Shown one piece after another: positions 6,147 to 14,353 of a DNA stretch of 64,000 bases. The translations under genes were made by a program, and so were the position numbers. Below the pieces are notes generated by a model. That model was not told the origin of the DNA, made no database searches, and saw only the letters and a list, made by a program, of their open reading frames with translations. Every line of letters begins with the position of its first letter. The first letter of the stretch is position 1. Source of the stretch: a virus; IMG/VR virus record IMGVR_UViG_3300025133_000030, positions 64,001 to 128,000 of that record. One strand, 5' to 3'.

Positions 6147-6286
6147 GGGGTCTCCCCCTCCCCCCTACCCGAATGTATGTCCCTCCGGAGCGTCAATCCC
6201 TTGACGGTGGCTAAGTACACGCGATATAGCTCCAAGAAATTTCACAGATTTGATTAAGTCCAGCATAATTATACCGAGGAGAAAAA

Positions 6287-6556
6287 ATGGAACTTTTCAA
6301 ATATACAGTTTGGTCGGTTAATACAAAGTTGGATAAGCCGCTATGGAAGATGGCTACCTATAAGGGGCGTGAGAAGGCGATAGACCACGCTGAGCGCATT
6401 GTTCGAGAGGCAGGTGGAGCTAACCCCAAGTTTCGCGAAATCAAGTATCCAGAGGCCCCGGAGAGCATGCAACAAGTTGAAGCCATTCTTTGTGAGGATA
6501 GTGATTCAGTAGTTGGAGCACTTATTGAAGGCCTTAAACTTACAATAAAGCTATAA
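6287..6556 (+). CDS. Hypothetical protein
   Basis: GAGGAG SD, 89 aa. Confidence 0.7.
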   Translation: MELFKYTVWSVNTKLDKPLWKMATYKGREKAIDHAERIVREAGGANPKFREIKYPEAPESMQQVEAILCEDSDSVVGALIEGLKLTIKL

Positions 6557-6687
6557 CTCCGGCAGAAAAACAAGCAAACACAACAGTGAGCGAAAAGGCC
6601 TAGGCGAAGCGCGTTGATTTTTGATTGAATACGTAAAAAACCCCAAGAAAAAAAGTAGATATTGGCCAATGCCGGCATAGTTAGTAT

Positions 6688-7116
6688 ATGAGAAGGTTAA
6701 AAATAGCACTGATGGTAATGCTTTGCGCGTTCCTAACGCAGTGCTCCGCTCCGCAAAAGACCCGCAGCGACGTTCTAAGAGTCGTAGAGTATCAAGGGTA
6801 TGTCTCAGAAGGTTCATTAAAAGAGTTAGTTAGGTATAATACCGAAGCCGGTGAGGATATAGTTCTCATATTCGCTGCCGATTGGTGTAAAGCATGTCAA
6901 GGATTAAGGCAGCTTATGGATACCGGTGGTATTAGTGCAAGTTCAAGTTCGATTGTGTTTGTCAATGTTGATGAAAGTTGGGCAGCTCACCTAGCACAAG
7001 TACTGGGGGTACTTCAGATACCCGCCATGATCCATTTTAATTCAGAAGGTGATGTCCGCAAGATAAGTTTTGGTCAGTATAAGATATTAGTTTATCTGTT
7101 AGCGCATTTTCGTTAA
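6688..7116 (+). CDS. Thioredoxin-fold protein with signal peptide (probable lipoprotein)
   Basis: FAADWCKAC CxxC motif, FVNVD, IP cis-proline region; hydrophobic N-terminus ending in Cys. Confidence 0.8.
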   Translation: MRRLKIALMVMLCAFLTQCSAPQKTRSDVLRVVEYQGYVSEGSLKELVRYNTEAGEDIVLIFAADWCKACQGLRQLMDTGGISASSSSIVFVNVDESWAAHLAQVLGVLQIPAMIHFNSEGDVRKISFGQYKILVYLLAHFR

Positions 7117-7183
7117 AGTTGGTGTAAGTTTGAATAAAATTTAGTTTAATAAGTTCATAATAGAACCTTAGGAGGTTTTATAG

Positions 7184-7423
7184 ATGATATTGAGAGCAAT
7201 ACTTTTGGTGATAATATGTGCACCTTTAAGCGCGTGGGCAGATAGCAACGCAAAAACTAAGTTTTATAATTTCGATGAATTGCTTATTGACGGCAAGATT
7301 CAAAGACCTAAGGTTCTTTGGACGGATACTCGTCAAAAAGCAAAGTTCGAAAAATTACTTAAGCTTCGCAAAGATTTAATACCAAGACTGAAAGCGACCG
7401 CAAGAGATCCTGCATTAAGGTAG
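7184..7423 (+). CDS. Secreted CglF/GltF-like small protein
   Basis: Signal peptide (SAWA), then YNFDELLIDGKIQRP...RQKAKFEKLLKLRKDL, which parallels the myxobacterial CglF core as I recall it; AGGAGG SD. Confidence 0.55.
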   Translation: MILRAILLVIICAPLSAWADSNAKTKFYNFDELLIDGKIQRPKVLWTDTRQKAKFEKLLKLRKDLIPRLKATARDPALR

Positions 7424-7554
7424 TAAGGTAGTCGCTACGTTTTGTTGATAATTGCTAGCAACTAGCAGTCGACTGGGTAAGTAAAAAAAATCCCGTCGCA
7501 AAAGAAAAAATTTTCGGCCGAAAGGCACTACTTACTGATATACGAGGAGTGCAT

Positions 7555-8040
7555 ATGAAAGTTTCAAAAAACCAAATTATCCAAATCATAAAAGAAGAAG
7601 CCGCGGCTTATGTCTGGGGTGTTAAGAGCCCGGGCCGTGTTGCTAACATCTATTCTGTCGATCCCGCCAAACAAGTTATCAAGGAAGATCATGATAATGT
7701 AACCATGGCTCGAATGTCTGGCCCTGCTGGGGTTAACCCTGCCGGTGACGAGGACTCTGAAGCCAGAGCAGTTGTTGCTCAATCGTTGCGAGATATGCAA
7801 GTTCCTGTTCCCCCTCCTGTTGAAAAGATGCATGCCTTGTGGTATCAACTTAATCTTGTGCTGAATCGAAACCATGGCTTGGAAGACCTCAAACAGATTA
7901 TGCAACAGATATCAAGGGATCCTGACGCTGCTTTCCCAGAAGAGGAGGAAGTTCCCGCGGATACTGGACTTCATCATCCACAAATGGGGCTTCGGAACCA
8001 TCCACAGCCGGGCGTATATTTTGAAAAGAAAGAAAAATGA
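7555..8040 (+). CDS. Putative head-associated protein
   Basis: N-terminus MKVSKNQIIQIIKEE; GAGGAG SD; CTACTTA motif upstream. Confidence 0.6.
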   Translation: MKVSKNQIIQIIKEEAAAYVWGVKSPGRVANIYSVDPAKQVIKEDHDNVTMARMSGPAGVNPAGDEDSEARAVVAQSLRDMQVPVPPPVEKMHALWYQLNLVLNRNHGLEDLKQIMQQISRDPDAAFPEEEEVPADTGLHHPQMGLRNHPQPGVYFEKKEK

Positions 8041-8411
8041 AACTTTTTCGACCTTCAGAGTGGAAGCCTTTTTTTATTGAAAACTCTCGTGTTCCTCTTT
8101 TCTTGGAGAAGTTTGCCCCAATAAAGATTGCTGCTATTACAATTGGGCCCCTTGTTTTTTGTCGAGGAAAAGTTAACGAATCAAATATTCGACATGAAAC
8201 TGTCCATTTTCAACAACAGTTGGAAACATTGTTTGTTGGCTTTTTATTATTGTATATATATGACTACCTTATTGCTCTCTATATTAGAAAACTTACAGGC
8301 CGGCATGCATACCTCGCAATTCGAGCAGAAGTTGAAGCTCGACAATCCGGATGGAAGCCGGGGTACCTAAAAACCCGAAAACGGTATCGGTGGATTTTGA
8401 ATTTTATTTAA
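8037..8411 (+). CDS. Zincin-like HExxH protein
   Basis: IRHETVH plus downstream EVEA. Confidence 0.6.
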   Translation: MKLFRPSEWKPFFIENSRVPLFLEKFAPIKIAAITIGPLVFCRGKVNESNIRHETVHFQQQLETLFVGFLLLYIYDYLIALYIRKLTGRHAYLAIRAEVEARQSGWKPGYLKTRKRYRWILNFI

Positions 8412-8413
8412 AC

Positions 8414-8438
8414 TTAAGGCGGCCATGTGCCGCCTTAA
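8414..8438. terminator. Perfect hairpin, probable terminator
   Basis: TTAAGGCGGC-CATGT-GCCGCCTTAA immediately after the stop codon. Confidence 0.6.
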
Positions 8439-8475
8439 ATATATAAGGACAATCTGATATGATCGTTTATAGGAT

Positions 8476-8961
8476 ATGAACAATTTTATTGAAAATAATT
8501 GGCACTCAGGTTCTGAGCGGCCTGTCAAGTTTAGCGAAATAGTGCTTCAAATTAAGAATTGTGTCCAAAATGGTGGCAAAGTCTTTATTGGTTCAGATTC
8601 CTTTATCAGCAAAAGAAAAGTTACTTTTGCTACAGCCATATGTCTTCATGGGGATCGAAAAGGAGGAAGGTATTTTTTTACAAAAGATTACTCCCCGATT
8701 AGTCACTATACGGTATTGGTATCCAGAATGACCGAGGAAGTAAGAAGATCTGTTGAGTTAGCAGAGCACGTAATGGAGGAATATAATATCGATCCAAACT
8801 TTTTCGAACTTCATGTCGATGTCTCCCCGTTTGAGTTAAAGATGGCCACTTCTAAATTTTCAGATATGTTAAGTGGTTATGTCTCGGGTGCTGGTTTCGA
8901 GTGTCGTATAAAACCAAATGCTTGGGCTAGCCAAACTGTAGCAGATAAACACTCCAAATGA
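8476..8961 (+). CDS. RNase H-like protein, YkuK/DUF458 family
   Basis: VFIGSDS, GGRYFF, RMTEEVRRS, ELHVDV, IKPNAWASQTVAD. Confidence 0.8.
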   Translation: MNNFIENNWHSGSERPVKFSEIVLQIKNCVQNGGKVFIGSDSFISKRKVTFATAICLHGDRKGGRYFFTKDYSPISHYTVLVSRMTEEVRRSVELAEHVMEEYNIDPNFFELHVDVSPFELKMATSKFSDMLSGYVSGAGFECRIKPNAWASQTVADKHSK

Positions 8962-9272
8962 AAGAAAATCAGTTAACCCTAGATCACGTATGTTACGCGG
9001 TTTCTTTTCGAGATCTTGTCGAGTCGTGGATTGATTTATTTCATAGAGATTCTCACTTGATGGTAATTTTCGACCCAATCAAGCATATAAAACTGCTTTC
9101 CAAGTTGGGTTTCTCCGGCGAGTCCAAATATTATGAAAGTAAGATTTTGATATCAGAAATGGATTCACTTGATTCTGTCATGTTATTGAGCAGAATGATT
9201 TCTTCAGATACCGGGCCGTATATCCAAATATGGTCCTTGGGCCACTACATTACCGATAATATCGATAAATAG
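8958..9272 (+). CDS. Hypothetical protein
   Basis: ATGA overlap, 104 aa. Confidence 0.6.
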   Translation: MKENQLTLDHVCYAVSFRDLVESWIDLFHRDSHLMVIFDPIKHIKLLSKLGFSGESKYYESKILISEMDSLDSVMLLSRMISSDTGPYIQIWSLGHYITDNIDK

Positions 9273-9331
9273 CTATTTTTTAAAAATAGCATACTTACTC
9301 TTTATACAACGAACCTAAGAGGTAATTCCCC

Positions 9332-9409
9332 ATGGATTCTATTAGCTTATATTTTATTATACTCTCAACTGCAGCGATTATTGTGGGATTAACTCTTCGT
9401 AAAAGGTAG
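9332..9409 (+). CDS. Tiny membrane peptide (25 aa)
   Basis: GAGG SD; MDSISLYFIILSTAAIIVGLTLRKR*. Confidence 0.45.
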   Translation: MDSISLYFIILSTAAIIVGLTLRKR

Positions 9410-9452
9410 ATAGTTGATGTGTACCAACTAGTTAAAATAGGAGGTGCGCAAA

Positions 9453-9623
9453 ATGAGTAATTATTTAATACCGATCGAGTTGTTGATACGAGAACTAGAG
9501 AAAATGAAGGATGAATCAGAATGGGCACCGGTTCCGTTGCATCTAGAACTTGAGCTTCCGCGAGAAGAAGACGACGTCGTTGTTAATGATTCAAGGAAAA
9601 CTGTTATCATAATCGATATTTAG
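9453..9623 (+). CDS. Small hypothetical protein (56 aa)
   Basis: GGAGG SD, CTAGTTA upstream; MSNYLIPIELLIRELE...RKTVIIIDI*. Confidence 0.6.
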   Translation: MSNYLIPIELLIRELEKMKDESEWAPVPLHLELELPREEDDVVVNDSRKTVIIIDI

Positions 9624-9638
9624 TGACTAATTAATAGT

Positions 9639-9803
9639 ATGAAAATAGAAATACCTATTTTAATCACTATTCTCGGCGCGGCAATTACCTTCGGTGGGTT
9701 TTACTATTCTACCAGTCATAGGCTTGGTGCGTTGGAGACTCAAATCGAATCAATCGACAAGAGAATCAACAAACTAAAGCGCCTTAAAAACAACAGGAAT
9801 TGA
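9639..9803 (+). CDS. Membrane-anchored coiled-coil peptide (54 aa)
   Basis: MKIEIPILITILGAAITFGGFYY followed by a heptad-rich tail; CTAATTA upstream. Confidence 0.55.
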   Translation: MKIEIPILITILGAAITFGGFYYSTSHRLGALETQIESIDKRINKLKRLKNNRN

Positions 9804-9805
9804 AC

Positions 9806-10132
9806 ATGAAAGATTTTAAATTACTCACAGAAAATTGGAGAACATTCGTCAACGAAGAAGATAGTCAAAAAGTTGACGCAACGGCTCAAGCACTTAGCAT
9901 GAAATCTGATGATGTAAGAAGGATGAACAATATCGCAGCCAGATTGGCAGAAAAAGGCGTAACTTCTGACGATATATATGATGGACAGCACGGTGAGATA
10001 CAACATATTCGAAAACTTCTACCTTTGGTCGGTATAGAGGAAGACCAACTTTACGATAGGGATTTAGAAGCAATACAAATGGCGTTCCCGATTCCTGATG
10101 ATTATTATGACCTCACTCTTGACGAAGAATGA
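9806..10132 (+). CDS. Putative head-associated protein
   Basis: N-terminus MKDFKLLTENWRTFVNEE. Confidence 0.6.
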   Translation: MKDFKLLTENWRTFVNEEDSQKVDATAQALSMKSDDVRRMNNIAARLAEKGVTSDDIYDGQHGEIQHIRKLLPLVGIEEDQLYDRDLEAIQMAFPIPDDYYDLTLDEE

Positions 10133-10150
10133 TCAAAAGATGGCGATGAA

Positions 10151-10339
10151 ATGTGTATAATTTGTATAGAACTGCAAAAAGAAAAATTAACACTGCTTGA
10201 AGCTAGAAGAAACTTCTTCGAGATGTCAGAAGGTTTAGGCTCTCATGCAAGAGAAGTGGATGAAATACTTTCTAAAAGAGAGTTTGAAAAAATGCTGGAG
10301 CAATTTATCGAAGAAATAGAGTTTTGGGTTACTGATTGA
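10151..10339 (+). CDS. Small CxxC protein
   Basis: MCIICIELQKEKLTLLEARRN. Confidence 0.6.
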   Translation: MCIICIELQKEKLTLLEARRNFFEMSEGLGSHAREVDEILSKREFEKMLEQFIEEIEFWVTD

Positions 10340-10354
10340 AAAAATGGCGGTAAA

Positions 10355-11182
10355 ATGAACAACTTTAATAAAAAATGGACTAATTTTCTCGAAGAAGCTG
10401 AATTTGATACTTCAAATTTGCAAATAAAAGATGAACTTCATCCCGATTTCTGGAGAGCCGGCCATCTTGATGAAGAGATCCTGCAAAAACTACAAGAAAT
10501 AGCGGAAGATGCGTACAACAGCCTCGAATTAGATGACGAAATGAGCGATCTGATCGTAACAGGGTCGATTTCAGGCTATAATTGGCACAAAAAATCCGAT
10601 ATTGATCTTCATATTTTGCTAGATTTTACAAACATAGACAAAAATTATGATCTAGTGAAGAAATTTCTTGATTCCAAGAAAACACAATGGAATAAAGCTC
10701 ATAAAATCATGATTCATGGCCACGAAGTTGAAATATATTTTCAAGATATTAATGAAGAACACGTATCTTTGAGCGTTTATTCCCTCATTACTGATGAGTG
10801 GCTTGTCAGGCCAATTAAAGTCGATCCAGAAATTGATATAAAAGCAGTAGAAAAAAAGGCTGCTGGTGTAGCAGTTGAAATTGATCACCTTCAAGAGCTT
10901 ATGAGCGACAACAAATACAAAGAAGCTTACGATTACTCCCAAAAAATTAAAGAAAAGGTCAAAAAATTAAGATCATCTGGCTTAGAGGGAGATGGCGTGT
11001 TCTCAGTTGAAAATTTAGCATTCAAGTTATTGAGAAATGACGATTATCTGAGTACCTTAATGTCTATTAAGACTCTTTCTTACGATAAGATGATGTCTGT
11101 GGGTTCGAGTAGCAACCAAGACAAACAACTCAAAGTCAAAATCATGGAAAATTGGCTTAAATTTAGTCGCGATGGTGTATAA
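10355..11182 (+). CDS. Pol-beta superfamily nucleotidyltransferase
   Basis: DLIVTGSISGYNW..KSDIDLHI (GS plus DxD) and a third acidic residue in VEIYFQD. Confidence 0.75.
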   Translation: MNNFNKKWTNFLEEAEFDTSNLQIKDELHPDFWRAGHLDEEILQKLQEIAEDAYNSLELDDEMSDLIVTGSISGYNWHKKSDIDLHILLDFTNIDKNYDLVKKFLDSKKTQWNKAHKIMIHGHEVEIYFQDINEEHVSLSVYSLITDEWLVRPIKVDPEIDIKAVEKKAAGVAVEIDHLQELMSDNKYKEAYDYSQKIKEKVKKLRSSGLEGDGVFSVENLAFKLLRNDDYLSTLMSIKTLSYDKMMSVGSSSNQDKQLKVKIMENWLKFSRDGV

Positions 11183-11222
11183 GAGCCTTCCGGCAACTAA
11201 TTAATGAAGGGTTTGTCAAAAT

Positions 11223-13895
11223 ATGAAAAATGATTTCTATAAATTGGTCCTTGAACAAGTTGAGGAAGCAACACGGCACAAGAAAGCCGGCGTCGAGCTT
11301 CCGAGCCAAGTCGAAGAGCTGGAAACTTACGTTCAAAATCCTGCAAAATACTTTATTACCTTTACTTCCGACTTGAGCACCAAATTAAAGAAGACAAATG
11401 AAATAAAAGGCCGAAGAAAGAGAAAAAAACACCCTGAGCGGAGTGGTTTGCCGTGGTGGAAAAAGATACCCGGGTCAACAAAGGGCCAAAAATCCCCAAC
11501 AATACCAAAACTGGGTATAAATCCGGCATCGGCCTATAATACCCCCAACGGAATATATAGTTACCCCTTAAATAGAAAAATATTTCAGCAATTACGACAA
11601 GGTCAGCTGCCATTTGCTCAAGATAAGCCTTATTTTTCTATTTTTGAAATAAGAGAAGGTAAAAATATAATAACCATTAACGATGATGGCCAAGTTGACG
11701 GACTCGGTGAACAAGAGTATCAAAATTACCTAGATAAGATAATATCAGATGACTTTTTTGACAAAATATCCCAAAAACGTATCCAAGGCCAGAAAGATTC
11801 TCAAAATTCCGAAGATTTTTGGAAAAATTACAAAAAAGCGCTTGATGCATCAAAAAATGTGGATTATTCTAATATTAAAGATGGATTTGGTGGGGAGTTC
11901 GTTAAGAAATATTTAAAACCAAGAATCGAAAGCATGGCGAGCTACCACAGAGTACATACAGCAAACTTAAGCAAAACAGGTCAAGTATATTTAGAGTTAA
12001 GTCGATTGCTCGACGAAGAATATGAAGGAACGCCGGATGATGTGGGAACAGATCGATATCAATACTTAGATAATTTCGAAATTTTCATAGAAGACTTGTC
12101 TGCTTTGTTGTTTGATTGGAATCTTACAACCAGAAAAGAGGAGGAGTCTGATCTTAGGCGCTCTGGGCTCGATTTGTTAGGCGCAAGAATATTCAAGAAA
12201 TCAGAAGACTGGAAGAATTTAAAGGGTATTGATGAGTGGTCAGAAAAAATAAAGAAAATTTCGGAAGAATCAGACCATTGGCTGGAACAAAAAACATATC
12301 CTCAACTGACAGAATTTGATATCCGGGCTGTGAGATCCGTATTTCAAGCCTATCAAGATTATATAGAAGAAGATGGTAGCGACTTACTGCCTGAAAGATT
12401 AATGCCACTATTAATCAGCACAGTGATTGCTGAAGTTCTTACTGTAAACAGCGAATTAGACGGTACGGGAACACAACCTAAAAAAGGAAAAATAGAAGAT
12501 TTTTTAGATCTTGAGGCACATGATAGAATTCATCCAAAAGATACCGATTTTATAAAAAATATAGAGAACTTAGCACTTATAGATACACCTTTTGGAAAGT
12601 TATGGGCAATAACTAGGATTTTGGCCGATACCGAAGCTGATCCTATGAGTACCAACAAATGGGCTAGGATTTGGAGAAACCTAGGAATAGACGGAATAAT
12701 AGACCTCGGCAGGGGACTGATTCACAGTAGCGAACCAAGTCAGGCTCTGTTTTTCAGTAGAAGCACAGTAAGAGAGGTCAAGTCATTCGACAATAAATCA
12801 ACTCCAGATAAACTTAGGCTTTACGGCGTTCACAAGAGGCTCCAAGGTCAATTGCGCGGTAACCTGTTCGCCATCGCTAGAAAAAATTATGGATCTTCAT
12901 CTTTACCAAAAGAATATTTTCAATTCTTACACGGACTTGTAAAATCTACTGCAATGAGAGGCAATATGGGATTAGAAAATCTTCATGCTATGATAATCAG
13001 GAACATGAATCACTTTCCAGCAACAAATGAAGATCTAAAGGCCCGACTCGAAGATAAAAATTACAAAAGAGGCAAGCCCGAACAAGACGATAGGCTAATA
13101 GACGGCTTTAGTTTGGGTAAGCTGGCTGTCAACGATATTGAAAGGGTGTATAATCTTGGGTTTTTGCCGCTTTTGTCTCCTGAGTATATAAATATGTTTT
13201 CTATTCGAGCCAAGAGCTACAATCATTGGATAAGACTTGGCCGGGAAAAGCGAGAATTGACAGGAGAATTTAATAAGGCAAACGCCCAGTTCTTCGGCGC
13301 TTTAAAAAAAGCAAAAGAAGAGGGAAATAATAAAGCCGTAGAAATAGCTAGAGGAATGTCAAGCGAAGTTCTCAATAGACTACAACTAGATGGGCCCACG
13401 TGGAGCACTATCAAGGGATACATAAAAGCTGCACAAACAGAGGGGATAAAAACTTTTAACTTGCTGAATATAGTAGGCAACCTTTCAAAACTAGATATGA
13501 CTCTAGAATCAGCAAAAGCCCTATATGAAGAAATAGGAGAATCAACGAGAGACATATCTGAAATAGAACAAACTGATGGCGCTGTAGTAGCACATATGTC
13601 TCTAAAGGAGAGGTACAAGACATTGTCTTCTCTCGTTGACTCTTTGCTTGGTGGAAATTTAAACGATAGTGCTTCTTTGTTGAAAATACAAAAAAGAGCT
13701 TTTCCTTGGAACCCTGATGGTTCATCCAAAGTCACCAAAGAACCAACGACGCCACCTTGGTTCTCCGAAGCCCGAGACGAAGAAGTGGGCATATATTTAG
13801 AGTCTAAGAGTAGCGTCAAAACAAAGAAAATAATCATGGCTGCAGAGGATATGGTAAATCCAGATATTCCAGCTCCATGGGAGATTAAGAAATGA
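11223..13895 (+). CDS. Large putative virion protein (890 aa), possible ART-like domain split by an insertion
   Basis: KLGINPASAYNTPNGIYSYP near the N-terminus and LGIDGIIDLGRGLIHSSEPSQALFF at about aa 490; N-terminal VLEQVEEA helix. Confidence 0.5.
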   Translation: MKNDFYKLVLEQVEEATRHKKAGVELPSQVEELETYVQNPAKYFITFTSDLSTKLKKTNEIKGRRKRKKHPERSGLPWWKKIPGSTKGQKSPTIPKLGINPASAYNTPNGIYSYPLNRKIFQQLRQGQLPFAQDKPYFSIFEIREGKNIITINDDGQVDGLGEQEYQNYLDKIISDDFFDKISQKRIQGQKDSQNSEDFWKNYKKALDASKNVDYSNIKDGFGGEFVKKYLKPRIESMASYHRVHTANLSKTGQVYLELSRLLDEEYEGTPDDVGTDRYQYLDNFEIFIEDLSALLFDWNLTTRKEEESDLRRSGLDLLGARIFKKSEDWKNLKGIDEWSEKIKKISEESDHWLEQKTYPQLTEFDIRAVRSVFQAYQDYIEEDGSDLLPERLMPLLISTVIAEVLTVNSELDGTGTQPKKGKIEDFLDLEAHDRIHPKDTDFIKNIENLALIDTPFGKLWAITRILADTEADPMSTNKWARIWRNLGIDGIIDLGRGLIHSSEPSQALFFSRSTVREVKSFDNKSTPDKLRLYGVHKRLQGQLRGNLFAIARKNYGSSSLPKEYFQFLHGLVKSTAMRGNMGLENLHAMIIRNMNHFPATNEDLKARLEDKNYKRGKPEQDDRLIDGFSLGKLAVNDIERVYNLGFLPLLSPEYINMFSIRAKSYNHWIRLGREKRELTGEFNKANAQFFGALKKAKEEGNNKAVEIARGMSSEVLNRLQLDGPTWSTIKGYIKAAQTEGIKTFNLLNIVGNLSKLDMTLESAKALYEEIGESTRDISEIEQTDGAVVAHMSLKERYKTLSSLVDSLLGGNLNDSASLLKIQKRAFPWNPDGSSKVTKEPTTPPWFSEARDEEVGIYLESKSSVKTKKIIMAAEDMVNPDIPAPWEIKK

Positions 13896-14083
13896 TATTG
13901 GAGTTTATTATGTTAGAATTTATAGTTATGAGTTTTGCCATAAACTTATTTGGACTTATCGGGCTGCATTTAGTCCAGAGTAAAATAAGGGAACAAATAC
14001 GTAGGGATATTTATCTTGCATCGCCGAGTGCAGTGAGAAAAAAGCTACGCGTCAGACAAGAATATAAAAAATTAACAAAATAA
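13892..14083 (+). CDS. Small membrane protein
   Basis: Hydrophobic N-terminus and basic tail; ATGA overlap. Confidence 0.55.
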   Translation: MILEFIMLEFIVMSFAINLFGLIGLHLVQSKIREQIRRDIYLASPSAVRKKLRVRQEYKKLTK

Positions 14084-14326
14084 ATGATAACAGGAAGTTA
14101 TAGCCCCGTAGGCGCACAAGAAGTGATGAATTACTTTTTTGGCATCGGGTCTTCTTCTATAGAACCAGCGTCGGAGGAAGAGCAGCTAACATTTAGTTCT
14201 CTACTTGACGCGGCGCCCCCGTTAGCTGTAGATTTTTTAAATTGTTGGCTTATATTAAAAAATAAACCCCGACTTCCTAGGAATTATTTAATGAATCCTC
14301 AGGAAGATGATATAATCCACAAATAA
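14084..14326 (+). CDS. Hypothetical protein
   Basis: Abuts the previous gene. Confidence 0.5.
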   Translation: MITGSYSPVGAQEVMNYFFGIGSSSIEPASEEEQLTFSSLLDAAPPLAVDFLNCWLILKNKPRLPRNYLMNPQEDDIIHK

Positions 14327-14353
14327 CCAATACTATTCATCAAGGGGTACAAA

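Noticed and set aside
13223-13837. Long minus-strand ORFs (also 34610-35200, 30138-30584, 57279-57734 and others)
   Set aside because: They are antisense shadows of well-supported plus-strand genes and have no recognisable motifs.
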